Shown: positions 45,532 to 58,873, counted from the first letter of the stretch. The stretch is DNA of 64,000 bases from Psammoneis japonica (GCA_008632985.1 QPGO01000017.1:186001-250000); one strand, 5' to 3'. Made by a program: numbers and translations. The notes: generated by a model not told the origin, from the sequence alone.

Positions 45532-48500
45532 ATGTTTGGTCCCGGCCAGTTCGATGATGCTTCTGAAGATTCGGAAGAGATGGACCTTCAAAGGAGGGCC
45601 GCTCTTGGGTATGTGAGACCAAGAGCGGATGCTACCGGAAGGCAGACCATGTTCATGTCAGGCCTTGGAGCAAACGGTTCTCCGTACTACCAGGGGCAAC
45701 CCCACGCTGCTTCCCCTTATCATCGCCCATATCTAGCACAGCAGGGAGCTTACGCAGCCATGCACTCACCAAACGACGCTATCGCTCACTATGGACAAAG
45801 CCCGGGGTTTGCCTATTCTGCCGGTGCCGGAGTCAGTCCAGACCAAAGGCAATTATACCCACCACAATATTCAGTTCCTACCGCTGCTTCCCCATCGCAT
45901 CATGATTTCAGTTCGTATCACTATGGGCGGCAGACGCAAGACATGGCTCAGGCCGCTCTCATGGAAAGGGCGTACGTCCGCGGTCTCGCGGAGGGCGATG
46001 AGCTTGCTGCCAGGTTGCTGCCCGGAACCGTCGGCGACGCGGATTCACCTTCTGGACTCTCTTTCATGTCAAAAGCGCAGTCAAAGCCTTCCCCGACGAA
46101 AACACCAAGCTCGGGAGCAAGGACTGGCAGGGGTGGTGGCAGGGGCGGTCGTGGTCGTGGCCGTGGAGCAGGTCGAGGAGGACGTGGCGGTAGAGGTGCC
46201 GGAAAACAATCTTCCGCAACAAAAAGGAAACCAGATCCTGAACTGCCGCCGTCGCCTGATGCCGATTCGATTAAGTGGTTTCCAGGGTGCGTGCCACTGG
46301 GTTTACCAGAGGACAAGTTCTGGTTGAGTGAATTACAGGTGTATCTCCGTTCCAACTTCGCCGAGGCCTTTGGAGCTACGGAGCAAGGTACGCCGAAACC
46401 TGCTCTAGTGCTGTTTTTCTTTTGCTTGCGACATTTTTCTAATTATTTTTTTGTGTTGATCAGACATCGCTGCTCCAATGCACGGTCGAAACAAGCCGAT
46501 TGCTCTAGGACAAGTCGGAATTAGATGCATTCATTGCAAAAACGACCCGCCGAGCGATCGTGGGCAACAGGCAACCTCATACCCAAGTCTTATCAGTGGT
46601 ATTTACAACTCAGTCCAGCAGATGTTGCGCCTACATTTTGATTGCTGTGTCTCAATGCCCGAAGAGGTACGACACAAAATTGAGTCCCTCAAGGTTTCTA
46701 GTTCCGCGAGAGGAGGGCGCAAACAGTACTGGATTGACTCAGCCAAGAGACTTGGTCTTGTTGACACGCCGCATGGTATCCATTTTGGCCGTGACCCCTA
46801 TGGGCCTGTACCGCCTATTCCCGATCTGTTACAGAATCTAGACGTCGTGGCTGAAGAGGAAAACAAAGCCGCTGAAGGTGCCGTTGGTGACTCTCCGCAG
46901 AGTCAGAAAGAAGAGGCTGCGCCTCAAGACGAAGCCAACGTTGTTGTTCCGGTCGAGGAAACCTACCCTCTAGTCCTCCCGGAAGACAAGCCATTGATAT
47001 CCGACTACCTTTACCTAACCCTTGAACAAATGCAACCATGCAGCCTAATGGAAGCAGACAAGGTAGGGTGTTACAAGAGTCGCGATGTTGGATTCTGCGG
47101 ACTGGCATGTAAACACTGTATCGGCCAAGCGGGTTGCGGCAGAGTAAGTGTTTCATCAGTATCTTGGTGACAGCAATGTTGCATCCTGGCGTTTCCTCAT
47201 CGTTGTCTCCTTCTTGCCAATTCTCGCCAGTATTTCCCTGCGTCTGAAGCATCATTGAGTCAAACGACGACATCTCAGACCATAATGAACCATGTTCGGA
47301 ATTGTAGGCGATGTCCAATTGAGATTCGAGAGAATCTCGAATTAATGAAGCGTGCGAGAATGGGACCAGACGGGAAGCGAGCCGATAAGCCGAAACACGG
47401 GGGGCGAAAGGTTTTCTTTCGCCGTTTATGGTGTAGAATACAAAAGCTGCCCATGGACGAAGAGGCGAAATCAGGAAGGAAGAAAGGTTCAGGGACGTGG
47501 TCGCGAAAGAAAGCCTCATCTCCAAGGAAAGGTGGAAGGAAGCGTTCGGCATCGCATTCTTCCGATGACTCAAGCTCAAGCGAGTTTGACGAGTATGGAA
47601 ACCCCATTGATTCGTCAAGCGACGAGGAGACCGAGACTGAGGACGACGATACTTCCTCAGAGGATGAGAGTGACATCGCAGCAGAACAGATTTTGGCTTC
47701 TAAAAGGAAGACAAAGAAAGCCGCGAGTAGGAAAAAGAAAATCATTGCGTGGCACGAAGGATGCGTTCGCCTCACGAAAACCGACGATCCTCATTGGCTG
47801 TCAGAAATGCAATGCTACGTGAGGAGTGAACTTGTTGAAGTTTTCAGTTTTGGGAAGAGAGATAGTCTTGCTGGCAACGGCGGCCGGAAGGAACCGTCGA
47901 TTGGCCAATGTGCGGTTCGATGCGTGTTCTGCAAATCGCTGGAGGAATCTGAGCGACCCCATGGCTATATGCACTTCCCGGATTCCCTATCAACGATTCA
48001 CGTGAAAATCAATGATATGATTCGCCTTCATTTTCCCTCGTGTCCGTCCATGCCCGTTGATGTGAGAGACACTTTCAAGTCTCTGCGAGGATTTGGGGCA
48101 AAGGCTCTCGGGGACTCACAGCAGTACTGGATTGATGCCGCTCGAGATATTGGTCTTTCGAACACTGCTCCGGACACGGGCTCATGGGGAATAACATTCT
48201 GTCGAAATCCCTTAGATCCCAGCCCTGCGGATGAACTGGACAGAGAAGTAGCTAGTGGTGTGACTACTACTCAGGGCCGGTTTTCTTTCGTCCGTCCGGA
48301 AGATCGGGGTATTTGCACAGATCACGCAACGCTTTTACTCCGTCAAGTGAAGCCATGCCGTTTCAAGAAGAGCGACCAACGTGGTGGTCAAGGTCGCGGT
48401 CGCGATCGTGCGTTAGGCTTTCCTGGCTTATGTTGCAGGCATTGTGTATCAAGAAACAAAGCTAGGTATTTCCCGGTTTCGTCGAAGAATCTGACTGACA

Positions 48501-48994
48501 ATACGGCGAATTCGCTGCAGGCACACATTGCCACCTGTTCTCGGTGTCCCGAACCTATTAGAGCGTCATTGGCCTACTTGCTTCATCGAAGTGCGCTGCA
48601 GAAAGCTGAATTGAGTGGGAGCTGGAAAAAGACCTTCTTCAAGCGTGTTTGGGACAGGCTCCATGTCGAACGCGCATGGACCGCTGCCGATTCTGGAAAC
48701 ACCAAAGATCAAGATAGTGTATCATCCTCTTCTGTTGACCACAACGATGACTTAGAGAGTAGGAATGGATCTCTTGGTGACAGTGATGACGAGGAACTTG
48801 GAGAAGACATGTCCGACTTGATCAAGGCGGCAGCTATCTGGTTGTTGGAACAGGACGAAAGCAACGAGACGTTGTCTAGAACCCGTTCCAGAGCCCGTGG
48901 CCTCCCTAGCAAGAGGCCGCTTCCGTTTTCTTCGGGGAAAGCGCGCAGCAAAGCGGCTCTTACATCGAAGAGGCGGCGAGTTCATTTTCCATGA
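45532..48994 (+). CDS. Diatom-type hypothetical nuclear protein with four Cys/His (GxxCxHC...P...H...C) repeat domains
   Basis: QVGIRCIHC..YPS..HFDCC..QYWIDSAKRLGL; GLACKHC..YFP..HVRNCRRCP; CAVRCVFC..HFPSC..QYWIDAA; GLCCRHC..YFP..HIATC.RCP. RGG-rich and acidic tracts. Introns ~46388-46463 and ~47144-47230. Confidence 0.8.
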
Positions 48995-49387
48995 GTTGTT
49001 TGTTAGTTTTCTTTCGTCAGAGTTAAAATGTCAACTAGGTGCTTCAGCTGATTGGAGATGCTGTAGCTCCTTATAGCGGCGAGAGAGACTCTCTAGCAAT
49101 AAAAGTAATCTACTGGTAGAGAGTTAAATGTACCGGTACTACAAATAGAGTGCGAGAAGTCGGCCTGATAACCTTACTTTCTACTCTAGCTAGAGAGAGT
49201 ATTAAAAATAGCTGAACGACGCGACGTTGGAGTGCGGGCGGGAGAAAATGCATGAGTGGTCTGTGCGTGGTCGCTTTTCGCCGCGACAATGGCACAAACT
49301 TGCAACGAAACCAACGAAACGCGTCTTCGTCGCCGCTCACCAAGCCTATTGTTTTGTCCATCTGTTCATGTATGAGAGAAGTGTACA

Positions 49388-50127
49388 ATGATGTTTTGCC
49401 TTACTTGTAGGGAGATGCTCGTTGGGAGCATCTGCCTGTTGTTTGCATTCCACGCGGTTGCATATGCACCGACAGCTGTTGTCCATCGTGCAGTTTGTCA
49501 TCGACGAAGTCTTCAATCTCCACGCACACCACCGAGTTTTGCGATTCAAAGAGCTTTGGTATTAAAGGCGTCCAATGACAATGGACTCTCGGACGAGGAG
49601 AAGATCACAGGAGAGCTTTCGGAATCGGACCAGAAAATCCTTGGTGTTGCTGGGTGTGTTTCATCATTTATTACTCTGTACTCGGAATACGTTCTTAAGG
49701 AAACCGGATGCGGGTTGAACGCCGGGCCATATGGCCTTGTAGGAGCTGCAGAAGGTTTAAGCTACCTTGGAGTTGCTGGGATTGGCGCATTCTCATTGTA
49801 CAAAAAGTTCAAGACGGTAAGTTGGCTCGCCCCGAACGTCTGCAGGTAGTTTTCTTTTTTTTTTTTGTCAAATGTGCTGTCTCGCCATGCATCATCTACT
49901 CTGGATTGCGAAAATCAACCCCATCCATTGTGCATTGTTGCTGGTTTGTGTTTTCTTCTGTCGCACAGGGTAGCGGGTTACCTTCTGGTCCTGGGGGTTT
50001 GCTGGGTGCAGCTGAAGGACTGTCTTTCGTGGCGATCTCCGCTGGTCTAATAGTTTTGATCCTTCAGGTAATTAACTACGGCTACATTCCAAATGCAGTG
50101 CCAATGGAAGGAGGAATGTGTAGTTAG
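49388..50127 (+). CDS. Small conserved plastid membrane protein with duplicated GLxxGPxGLxGAAEGLS motif
   Basis: Signal peptide + AVAYAP; TGCGLNAGPYGLVGAAEGLSYL and GSGLPSGPGGLLGAAEGLSF; intron ~49817-49968; start codon uncertain (49388 or 49415). Confidence 0.75.
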
Positions 50128-50405
50128 GAGCAACCTATTAACTCAAGGCTTCTCTCTCTAGCTAGAAGGAGGAACACATGCAATTCAGTGTGTTGTTTCT
50201 TTCTACAATATCTCTTTCTCGTGATGTCGCTATCGTTTTCTGCCTATTTTCAACAAATGCCTCGAGCACGAATCGCAATAGGGTTGCTAGTCCTAGCTAG
50301 AAGCCACGTCATAAACTCCCAACAGAATCGGAAACGGAGAATACATGAAACACGAACAAATATACATCTTTGATGCAGATTCTTAAACAAGAAACAAGGG
50401 CACTC

Positions 50406-50836
50406 CTACTTCGACGCTGGAATGACAACAACCGTATCCTTCTTGGAGGTTGGGGCTTCTGGAACTAGTCGCATACAGAGACGTGCAGGAGAACGGATAT
50501 GAGATAGAACGAGAACAAAGGAAACAGCAGGTTAGCAATCAGAGACGAAATCCCACTCATGATTCATGATAGAGCACGTATACTCGACGACGTGTATAAG
50601 TATGTACCTTTCTTTATCTGGCCGTCTTCAACCGACCCACGCCAAAAGGGAATCCTTTTCTTGCTGGAAACCTCGTTCACGGCTTTGCCTTGACGCTTCA
50701 ATTCTTCGGCATGTTCGCGCTCGTACATGCCTCCGTCGTGGATATGTTTTACAGCCCACAACGACGCATTCTCTGTACCATACACTCCGATAAGGAGTGA
50801 TGATGCACAAACGACAAACGCTTGACGCCACAACAT
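50406..50836 (-). CDS. Small hypothetical secreted protein (2 exons)
   Basis: MLWRQAFVVCASSLLIGVYG signal-like start; probable intron ~50475-50607; short last exon VPEAPTSKKDTVVVIPASK*. Confidence 0.4.
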
Positions 50837-51216
50837 GGTTTTAGGTATCAATGAATTCTTTTGGGTTTTTGTTCCGAGTTTTTGAAGCGATCTTGAATCT
50901 GGTGTCATCGCCACAAAGCACGGAGGCGACGAGCGAAAGAGGCAGACGCGAGACGCGAACTTTCCTCGCGGCGGTGACACTCAACAAGCTGCGACGTAAA
51001 ATTAGTACTGACTTCTACGTACATGTAGCTTCGTGTTGAGTGACGGCGACACAGAGAATCGTTTGTCTGTGAAACTTGTGTTTCGTGACCGAATGTAGAT
51101 TTTTTTCGGCAAATGATGAGGAGTCTGCGCAGGTGGGTGCCGGTGCTGCCGCAAAAAATCACGACACAAGAGAGATCAATGGCCAGATATTCGACTGCTG
51201 TACTCAATAGACCAAC

Positions 51217-54200
51217 ATGGTGGTTGCGGAGGTACCGCTATGGGTGGTTCACCCTGGATCAAACAATGACAGTGCATTAAGAGCGAGGGCTGTAGCTTCA
51301 GCGTCTCTTGAAAAGAACGGAGGCAGTCATCTGTCTGATCGAGCTCAGCGCTCCTTGTCATTGCTCGAATCAGGTGGAGGTGGCAAGTGTGCCATCTACA
51401 GCGTCGATATGAATCCTCAAGGAACTCGGTTCGCAACAGGAGGCGGGGATTGTACGGTTCGAATATGGAATGCTTCGAGCCTCTTTTCCAAGCATCGGGG
51501 AAACATCGATCCGTCGGGTACTTATGAGAGTTCAGAGTCGTCCGATGCGCCCAGTAGCAGCGAAGCTAGTCGTGCACAAGAGGAGTCAAGCAGTGAAGGG
51601 GTAGGGGGAAAGGAGGTTATTCATGACTTAAATAGTGTTGTAAGGCGCAAGAAGGATGGATCTACACCTCAAAAACCAAACAGAAGAGCACCTGACGGAG
51701 GCAAACTACCCGACACCCCTTCACGATCTTCTCCATCAAAAGCCAATCACTCTGCTTCGAATCATCGGCTTTTATGTACCTTACCAGCTCATACCGGCTC
51801 ATCTGTTTTGTCAGTTCGCTTTTCGACCAATGGAGACTATCTGGCATCAGCTGGGGATGATGCTGTCGTATGTATTTATGCTCGATCGTCGGCTTCTAGC
51901 TTTGGGAACCTGACAGATCATTCTGTGGAGCAGTGGTCGCGAATCAAACTCTGTCGGGGTCACAACCTTGACGTTGTTGGACTAGCGTGGGCGCCTGATG
52001 ATTCACACCTTGTCAGCTGTTCCTTGGATTCGGACACACCCATCATTGTGTGGAGACTGACGGATCTGGCCACGGAAAAAAAGAACAGCGTTTTGTGCAA
52101 TCCGTACAAAGTACTGGGAAAAGGCATTCATACCTCCACCGTCAAGGGTGTTACCTTTGATCCTGCTGGCAGTTATCTGGCTTCGTCTGGTGACGATCCT
52201 GCCGTTTGTATATGGCGAGCCCACGATGACTGGGGACTAGAACGCCGCGTGGACTCAAGCTCTGGGATCTTTCGCAGTTGGAAACAAGGAGACGAAGATT
52301 TATTCGAATTGTCAAGTCAAACCATATTTCGTCGGCTTAGCTGGTCCACAGATGGATCTTATATCTGTAGCACGAATGCAACGGTCAAGAATAAGCATGT
52401 AGCCTCCACCATTAGCAGAGAGGGGTGGAGCGTCAGCAGCAGCCAGTCGACGGCATCGGGTGCAGCGAACCTTGTCGGACACAAGCAACCGATAGCCGTG
52501 AGCCGTCATTCGAGACAGTTGCTAGGCGCGAAGAAGACATCAACAGGGGAAAATCAAGACCCTGATCTTGATGACGAGCCAGAGTACGCCACCCTTTTGG
52601 CACTGGGGGACAAGAGGGGATTCGTGACGGTTTGGAGTACGAGAAAGTCGCGGCCGATTTTCAAGCTCCAGTGTAGTGAGAGCAAATGCACCGTCACAGA
52701 TTTGTCCTGGGGGAGACCAGAGAACGGAACTGATATGGTTTTATTGGTTTCGCTTCTGGATGGGCATATCGTAGCGTTGCGATTTGGGGTTCCGGGAGAG
52801 TTGGGGAATGTACTCAGTAGCAGGGATCAGGCAAGAGTCTTTCAACTTCGATATGGTCTAGATATTGAAGATGACTACGGCTCGGGGCGGAGACGGATGT
52901 TCGTCGGTGACAATTCAGGCCCAAAGCTTATCGAGAACGCGTTACAAATGACTCTAGAGGAAGAAGACAATCATAATGGTAACTTTGATGCCGAAGATGA
53001 CAGTGAGATCGGAGCGCCTTTTCGATCGAGCGAAGACGAGAACACGGCTGAACCTCCGCTGATAAATCAAGTCGAGAGCCGTTCGAAAACGACAGGTAAA
53101 AAGCGAGTACGACCTGTCCTCATGAGTGTGGATGACGACAGAAACAACTTCCTAAAGAAGAATAGACTATCCCAGAACGGGATTTCAAACCGTCCGGAAG
53201 CAAATGAAGAGCAAATTTCTGATCCATTAGCTGATGCACTGGAATCGGCTGCTAAAGCAGCATCGGCAGCCGAGCGACTCAGCTACGCCGCCACTTCCAA
53301 ACGTGATGGGACGCAGACTAGCCCAAGAAGAGACGTTGCTGTGGAAGGAATGCGTTCAAATAATCGAGAAGCTGGCGGCTCCGAGTCGCGCCGACATATA
53401 GACATTGCGTCTGATCCTCGGTCAGAAGCAGTCCATCTTCCACACAGTACCAATAGAATCCATTCGATTGACCTCCCTTTGATTTCCCAAGAAAGAGCGA
53501 TGTCCATCGCCGACGGGACGGATTGTACAATCGTCGCCGACTGTACAAATTCAAATCGAGTTCCATCCGGATCTTCGGGTGTAGCACTGTCATGCACAAG
53601 ACTGTCCATAAGCAAGCGTGGAAGAAGCGAGTGGTACGACGAAATAGCTGGGACGTCATGCTCTTGTATTGCAGCAGCCTCGAGGATGCTTGCGGTGGGC
53701 ACTAGCGATGGCTGTGTCTATTTGTACGGTACATCACCGACAATGGGCTGGATTACGGGTGTCGCTTTTCGATCCCACCCACCACTTGTTTTTGGAAGTG
53801 CAGTTGTTTCTCTTCAACTGATAGAAAAGAACTTGAACCAGACAGAGAACGGCGGAGAGGAACCTTCGCCTTTAGAGATGCTCGTGGTAACCGCAGATGG
53901 AACGTTTGGAGTTTACAGCATTGTCCCCGTATGCAAGGTTCATTTCAAGGGATCAATCTTGCCTGCAATGACACATGTATCACTTTCTTCATCGAATGGC
54001 GCTATATTTCCAAAACTCGCTCGAATCCAGAAGACTGAGACTGGTCAGCTCCTTCTCATTCTCTCTGTGCCAAGCAGTGGAACACGATCAGCGTCTGATG
54101 ACCAGATTGGTCGAAACGAGGCTAGAAGCAACAGCTCATCTTCTTCCGTTGGAGTGGGCGGTTCTCTACAGGCTTTTGTGTACAATCTTTCATTGGAATT

Positions 54201-54783
54201 GTGGATGAGAGTATCAGACAGCCGGTTCGTCCTTTCAGATTTTTACAGCATGCTACCCGCATCAAGCACCGCCGGCAGTGTTCACGGTATCCTGTCAAAG
54301 GTGGAAGACGTGGTTCGCGGTGGTTCTGCATTTTCTTCTCTCAAGCCTTCTCATCATCGAGGACGTCACTCACCTCATATCAACGCACCTGCCATATACA
54401 ATCATGCCGAAGATGAACATGATAATATACCGACGAGGACACATTGTGAAGATCGAATGGCCTGTGCTTTGGCCTTGGGTTCCGCGAATGAGTTTGAGCA
54501 CTGGTTTTCGCTGCTTGTCCGCACCCTATCAAGTACTGGTCAGGCCAACCATCTCCGCCTCGTGGTAGACATGCTTCTTGGGACTGCGGTTTCGAGTATA
54601 GAAGATGAAGTGGAAGAAAGCGTCAGTACGAACACTGCGTGCTGGTGGCTGTCGTCAGCTACGAAGGTTTTAAATCTAAATCGCAAAGAGTTGGTTGAGA
54701 GGATTGTGCTGAAAGAAATGAGCAAAAACCGAGCCCTACAACGTTTGACAAATGAAATCTCAATGGAACTGAAGTCTCTATGA
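51217..54783 (+). CDS. HIRA: Histone chaperone HIRA/Hir1
   Basis: P.WV.H start; WD40 repeats AIYSVD..RFATGGGD, GHNLDVVGLAWAPD, VKGVTFDPAGSYLAS, FRRLSWSTDG, LVGH, DLSW; B-domain GKKRVRPV; C-terminal Hira domain HCEDRMACALALGS..EF..W. Confidence 0.95.
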   Translation: MVVAEVPLWVVHPGSNNDSALRARAVASASLEKNGGSHLSDRAQRSLSLLESGGGGKCAIYSVDMNPQGTRFATGGGDCTVRIWNASSLFSKHRGNIDPSGTYESSESSDAPSSSEASRAQEESSSEGVGGKEVIHDLNSVVRRKKDGSTPQKPNRRAPDGGKLPDTPSRSSPSKANHSASNHRLLCTLPAHTGSSVLSVRFSTNGDYLASAGDDAVVCIYARSSASSFGNLTDHSVEQWSRIKLCRGHNLDVVGLAWAPDDSHLVSCSLDSDTPIIVWRLTDLATEKKNSVLCNPYKVLGKGIHTSTVKGVTFDPAGSYLASSGDDPAVCIWRAHDDWGLERRVDSSSGIFRSWKQGDEDLFELSSQTIFRRLSWSTDGSYICSTNATVKNKHVASTISREGWSVSSSQSTASGAANLVGHKQPIAVSRHSRQLLGAKKTSTGENQDPDLDDEPEYATLLALGDKRGFVTVWSTRKSRPIFKLQCSESKCTVTDLSWGRPENGTDMVLLVSLLDGHIVALRFGVPGELGNVLSSRDQARVFQLRYGLDIEDDYGSGRRRMFVGDNSGPKLIENALQMTLEEEDNHNGNFDAEDDSEIGAPFRSSEDENTAEPPLINQVESRSKTTGKKRVRPVLMSVDDDRNNFLKKNRLSQNGISNRPEANEEQISDPLADALESAAKAASAAERLSYAATSKRDGTQTSPRRDVAVEGMRSNNREAGGSESRRHIDIASDPRSEAVHLPHSTNRIHSIDLPLISQERAMSIADGTDCTIVADCTNSNRVPSGSSGVALSCTRLSISKRGRSEWYDEIAGTSCSCIAAASRMLAVGTSDGCVYLYGTSPTMGWITGVAFRSHPPLVFGSAVVSLQLIEKNLNQTENGGEEPSPLEMLVVTADGTFGVYSIVPVCKVHFKGSILPAMTHVSLSSSNGAIFPKLARIQKTETGQLLLILSVPSSGTRSASDDQIGRNEARSNSSSSSVGVGGSLQAFVYNLSLELWMRVSDSRFVLSDFYSMLPASSTAGSVHGILSKVEDVVRGGSAFSSLKPSHHRGRHSPHINAPAIYNHAEDEHDNIPTRTHCEDRMACALALGSANEFEHWFSLLVRTLSSTGQANHLRLVVDMLLGTAVSSIEDEVEESVSTNTACWWLSSATKVLNLNRKELVERIVLKEMSKNRALQRLTNEISMELKSL

Positions 54784-55145
54784 AACGGATTATTGTAAGG
54801 CTTTAGATGGATAAGAAATCTACAGTATGGCGCTTCTTTTCAATACACCTGGATCTCGAGCGAAAGATAAATTCGAAAATGGGTCTGCTGTCTGTCTTTG
54901 TCCGTTAAAATCTTGCTACGTGCCTCGAATACCGAGTTTGCGCATGTAGGAACGTACAATGAAATTCTACCATCGTAGATCTCAGTATTAGTCCTACGTC
55001 AAACGAACACCTGAACGATTATTTTATTCATCGTGGGTTGTTGGTTGCCGCTTCTTCTCCGCATTTTTCGTTGTTTTTGTGTTGGTGTTGCGTTGCGTTG
55101 CTGTTTCTTAAAAAGACTCTCGTTCAGCTCGACGTAGTTCGCAAC

Positions 55146-57869
55146 ATGGAGCGCCGTCGAATGGCTGATCGCCTGAGATTCGTGGAGCGTATGAGAATGG
55201 ATCGAGACAGAGATGTAGTGGCCGTACTGATCAACGGAGCCGAAGCGCCTCATGCGGACGAGGACGCAAACCTTGAAGCACGGGAGATGGATCGAATTTC
55301 GAGCGTGTTGTTTGAGCTGGTTCGCGACGGATGTTCTTGTGGATCGCTCTTGGAGAACGGCTGCGGTCGGACGGTTGCTCACTGCGAAGCAAATACGGAT
55401 CAAGCGTTTTATGCAGCGCCGCGTACAGGACGTACGCCGCTGCATGAGGCTTGTCTGAGGAATGCCTGTCGTCACGTGGTGAAGGCGCTGCTGACTGCGA
55501 ACCCAACGGCGTCTACGGAAATCGACCACGCGGGAAACACGCCGCTGCATCTGCTCTTTGTCGACTTTTCGTACTTATCGATTTCCCCGGAGGAAGTAGA
55601 CGAGACGGTGAAGGATCTTCTGGATGTGAATCCCGGTGTGATTGCGGCCACAACGAACGCAGAAGGATACGCGCCTCTGCATATGGCCTGCGTGGCACCC
55701 GAGTCCATGATTAGAGCTGAGATGTTGACACGCATCATTGCAGCCAGTCCTGCAACTGCTCGTGCGTTCAATAGTCGTTCTCAGACAGCGCTCTCGCTCT
55801 ACTGTAGCCGTCGAAACTCTTCGGTGGAGCTTGCTCGAATTCTCTTTGACGCGAATCCTGCGGCTGCCAATGTGCTTGATATTAGTGGATGGACCCCCTT
55901 GCACCATGCGGCAAATGCTACCAATGTCAATCTTATTCGTTTTCTTGTAGAAAGCTCGCCGGAGGCAGCAAGGATTCGAACACACCCTCACGGACGCACG
56001 GCTCTTCATCTATTGTGCCAGCAGAGTCCACGCGACGTTCATCTTCCGGCGATTGAAGCGCTGCTCAGAGCTGCGCCCGATGCCGTGGTTGCCGCCGACC
56101 ATACCAATTCCAGTAATCCTCTACACGTTGTATGCCAGAGTCCGAGACAGCGACTTAGTGTGATTCGAATGATTACTGAGACAAACCCAAACGCGGCAGC
56201 AATGACTGATGTTGAAGGATACACTCCCCTACATTTTGCCTGTGAAATGGGCGCAGACGCGGAGATTATTCAATACTTTTTGACAGTGTACCGTCCAGCG
56301 TCAGCAAAGGTATCGAGGAAGCAGGATACTCCCTTGCACATTGCTTGCAGCGCCAATGTTTCTGCAGATGCTGTCCGTCTTTTGATTGAGGCTAACACGG
56401 ATGCTTTAACAATGACAAATGACTATGGCTACACGCCACTCCATTGTGTGTGTCGAGCGTATCAGCCCCGTGTGGGGATTGTCCAGGCATTGTTGGAAGC
56501 TTGTCCCATGAGCGTTACCCTTCGTACGCACGGTGGCGAAACTCCGGTCCACTTGGCCTGTTCGTCTGGAGCCTATGTCAGTGTATTAGATATTCTCACA
56601 AAGGCTCAGAACTCCATGAGTGACGAAGGACACACCATCAAGGTTGGGGCAAAGCGGCGAATGACAAACAAGGTTGGCAACACGCCGTTGCATGAAGGTC
56701 CGTTCGCAAAAATGTAGATGTTGCTGTTGGGATTGACTGGAAACTCAACCTTTTCCTTTGTCTCGTTTTTCGCAGCATGCTTTCGTGGCAGTTCTTTTGA
56801 ACACATCGAAACTCTTGCGAAGTCGAATCCCGAATGGATTGTTATTCGAAATAATGCGGGCTACACGCCTCTTCAACTTATTTGCAAGGGAGGTCGGCTT
56901 GACGAACGAATCGTAAACACCTTTTCACGAATCCGTGGGCCTCAAGTGTTTTCCGTTGTTGACAGCCATGGACACACGCCACTCCATTCCGCCTGTCGGG
57001 AAGGGACTCACGTATCGGCCATCCAGTCTTTGATTCAAGCTTATCCAGAAGCGTTGCACGAGAAGACGTCTTACGGAGATACTCCCTTGCATCTAGCGTG
57101 CTTTCGTGGCGCAGACGTGGAGACTGTATGCCTGGTGGCGGAAGCGAGCGCTGATGGAAGTCTATCACCTGTGTTGAAGCCGAATCACTCCGGTCAGACT
57201 CCGCTGGGAATCGCAATGGATGAGTTCCAATCCGTATGCAGAGGAACTGGCTTTTGTTGCGTATCAGGCTCCTTCAACACTGCTCAGGAACGGTCGTTTG
57301 GGGTTCTGAAAGCGTTGGTGAAGTTGATCTACTACGGCACGTCACGGGAAGTACTCAGCGACGAGACACCGACGAGCTTGGTGAAAGCATGTGTATCGCT
57401 GCATCGTCAGGATATTCGATTGGATCCCGCCTTTATCCGTCGTGCAATTCACCATCATCCAGAAGAAGTGCGAATGATGGATAAGCAAGGCAACTATCCC
57501 CTTCACATTGAAGCCAGCATTCCCATTGAGAAGATGTCTCTTCTTGACTCTCAGTTTCGCGGGTGTTGTCTTGGAAAGTGTCACTCCAGAGTGGGGGTCT
57601 TGGGAATGCTTTTGGAATCTTTTCCCGAGGCGATGGAAACAAAAAACGCAGAGGGCGAGTTTCCATTGAGCCTCATGATCCGCAACGGTCGACCATGGGA
57701 CCAGAGCTTTGTCGTGGCTATTCGCAAGTTCCCTCCAGCGCTGCACTGGTACAAGGGAATGGACGACAAGCTTTTGCCACGTATCTTGGCTCTTGTGGCC
57801 AAGGATTGTGGAACGCAGACCCTCTATGAGCTCATCAACAGCAGACCTGATGCGGCCAAGCGTCGATAA
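55146..57869 (+). CDS. Ankyrin-repeat protein
   Basis: More than a dozen G.TPLH.AC-type repeats; intron ~56698-56775 joins the two ORFs. Confidence 0.9.
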
Positions 57870-58174
57870 GCGGGGATACCGAGTGGAACAGCGCCTCTAT
57901 GTTAACTGTGGCGTGAGCACCACTCTGGCAATGCGTGGTTGGCTGATAAGTCTCTACCCAGGTATGATCGTACTGTATTTCAGGGTAAATATAGATAGCA
58001 GCTTTATATTATTATGTTACATGGTCTTTGCATTTCATAGCTTAAAAAAATTTGAAATGCAAGATATTATGTACATCAGCTCGAAGACACCACGTCTTCG
58101 AGCCAGTAGCAATAGCAACGCGCACACGGTAGTACCGCAAGATACAACATGTTGATATGCTGTGACAAGGTCCG

Positions 58175-58873
58175 TTAATGGTCGTCCAAAGGAAAGACCA
58201 TAACGTGGCCGCACTCGTCATAAGAACCACAAGGATCTGTAGCGTCTTCTTCTATTTCAGTTTCTTGAATGGCGTCAGGTAGCATGCTTTTGTTAAGACG
58301 ATCACCATTCGCATTTGTATTGGAATCGTACGTCGTAAGTCTAGCTTGTTGCTTTCGACGTGACTGAGTTATGAGATTGTACATGTTCCAAGTGCGCAAG
58401 TCACACACTCGCTGAAGGTATTCTGACGTGCCACTCGAGTGAGCAATCGACATTTCTATCGGATCAGTCGAGGTTCTACTGGATCGACTCGGAGGGCATT
58501 TCATAGGGAGGGAGATGCAATGGTTTGCGGCCGTTCCCATTTCCGCTTTCCTCACTTCTTTGCGACTCCCCGTACGGCTTCTCGCGAGAATGTTGCGGTT
58601 TGAAGTCTTTGTAGGATGAACAACAGACTTTGCGTGTGACCTCCACATCCCTCTCCAGTCAGTAGACGACGAGCGCTCAATCTCTGATCTCTTTCTTGAA
58701 GGCTTACTATTACTCGACTGCATCTCCTCTGGAGCGGCGAATGAATTTTCCCTGACGTCCGATACAACCAACGGTTTCACGTGAGGAGGATCACTCGGTT
58801 CGAGTGATGCCATTGAAGACGATGCACTGGAAGAAGTGCTCTCAAGACCGTTGTTAGACCACGACGCACCCAT
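58175..58873 (-). CDS. Hypothetical Ser-rich protein with DxxTWxMYxxIxxxR motif
   Basis: CDLRTWNMYNLITQSR and terminal VFPLD resemble a recurrent diatom hypothetical family; function unknown. Confidence 0.6.
   Translation of the reverse strand: MGASWSNNGLESTSSSASSSMASLEPSDPPHVKPLVVSDVRENSFAAPEEMQSSNSKPSRKRSEIERSSSTDWRGMWRSHAKSVVHPTKTSNRNILARSRTGSRKEVRKAEMGTAANHCISLPMKCPPSRSSRTSTDPIEMSIAHSSGTSEYLQRVCDLRTWNMYNLITQSRRKQQARLTTYDSNTNANGDRLNKSMLPDAIQETEIEEDATDPCGSYDECGHVMVFPLDDH

Noticed and set aside
3895..54783. Functional cluster of chromosome/cell-cycle genes (SHOC1-like, cyclin, NCAPD2, HIRA)
   Set aside because: Genes are interspersed with unrelated ones over 50 kb; no shared motif or synteny evidence.
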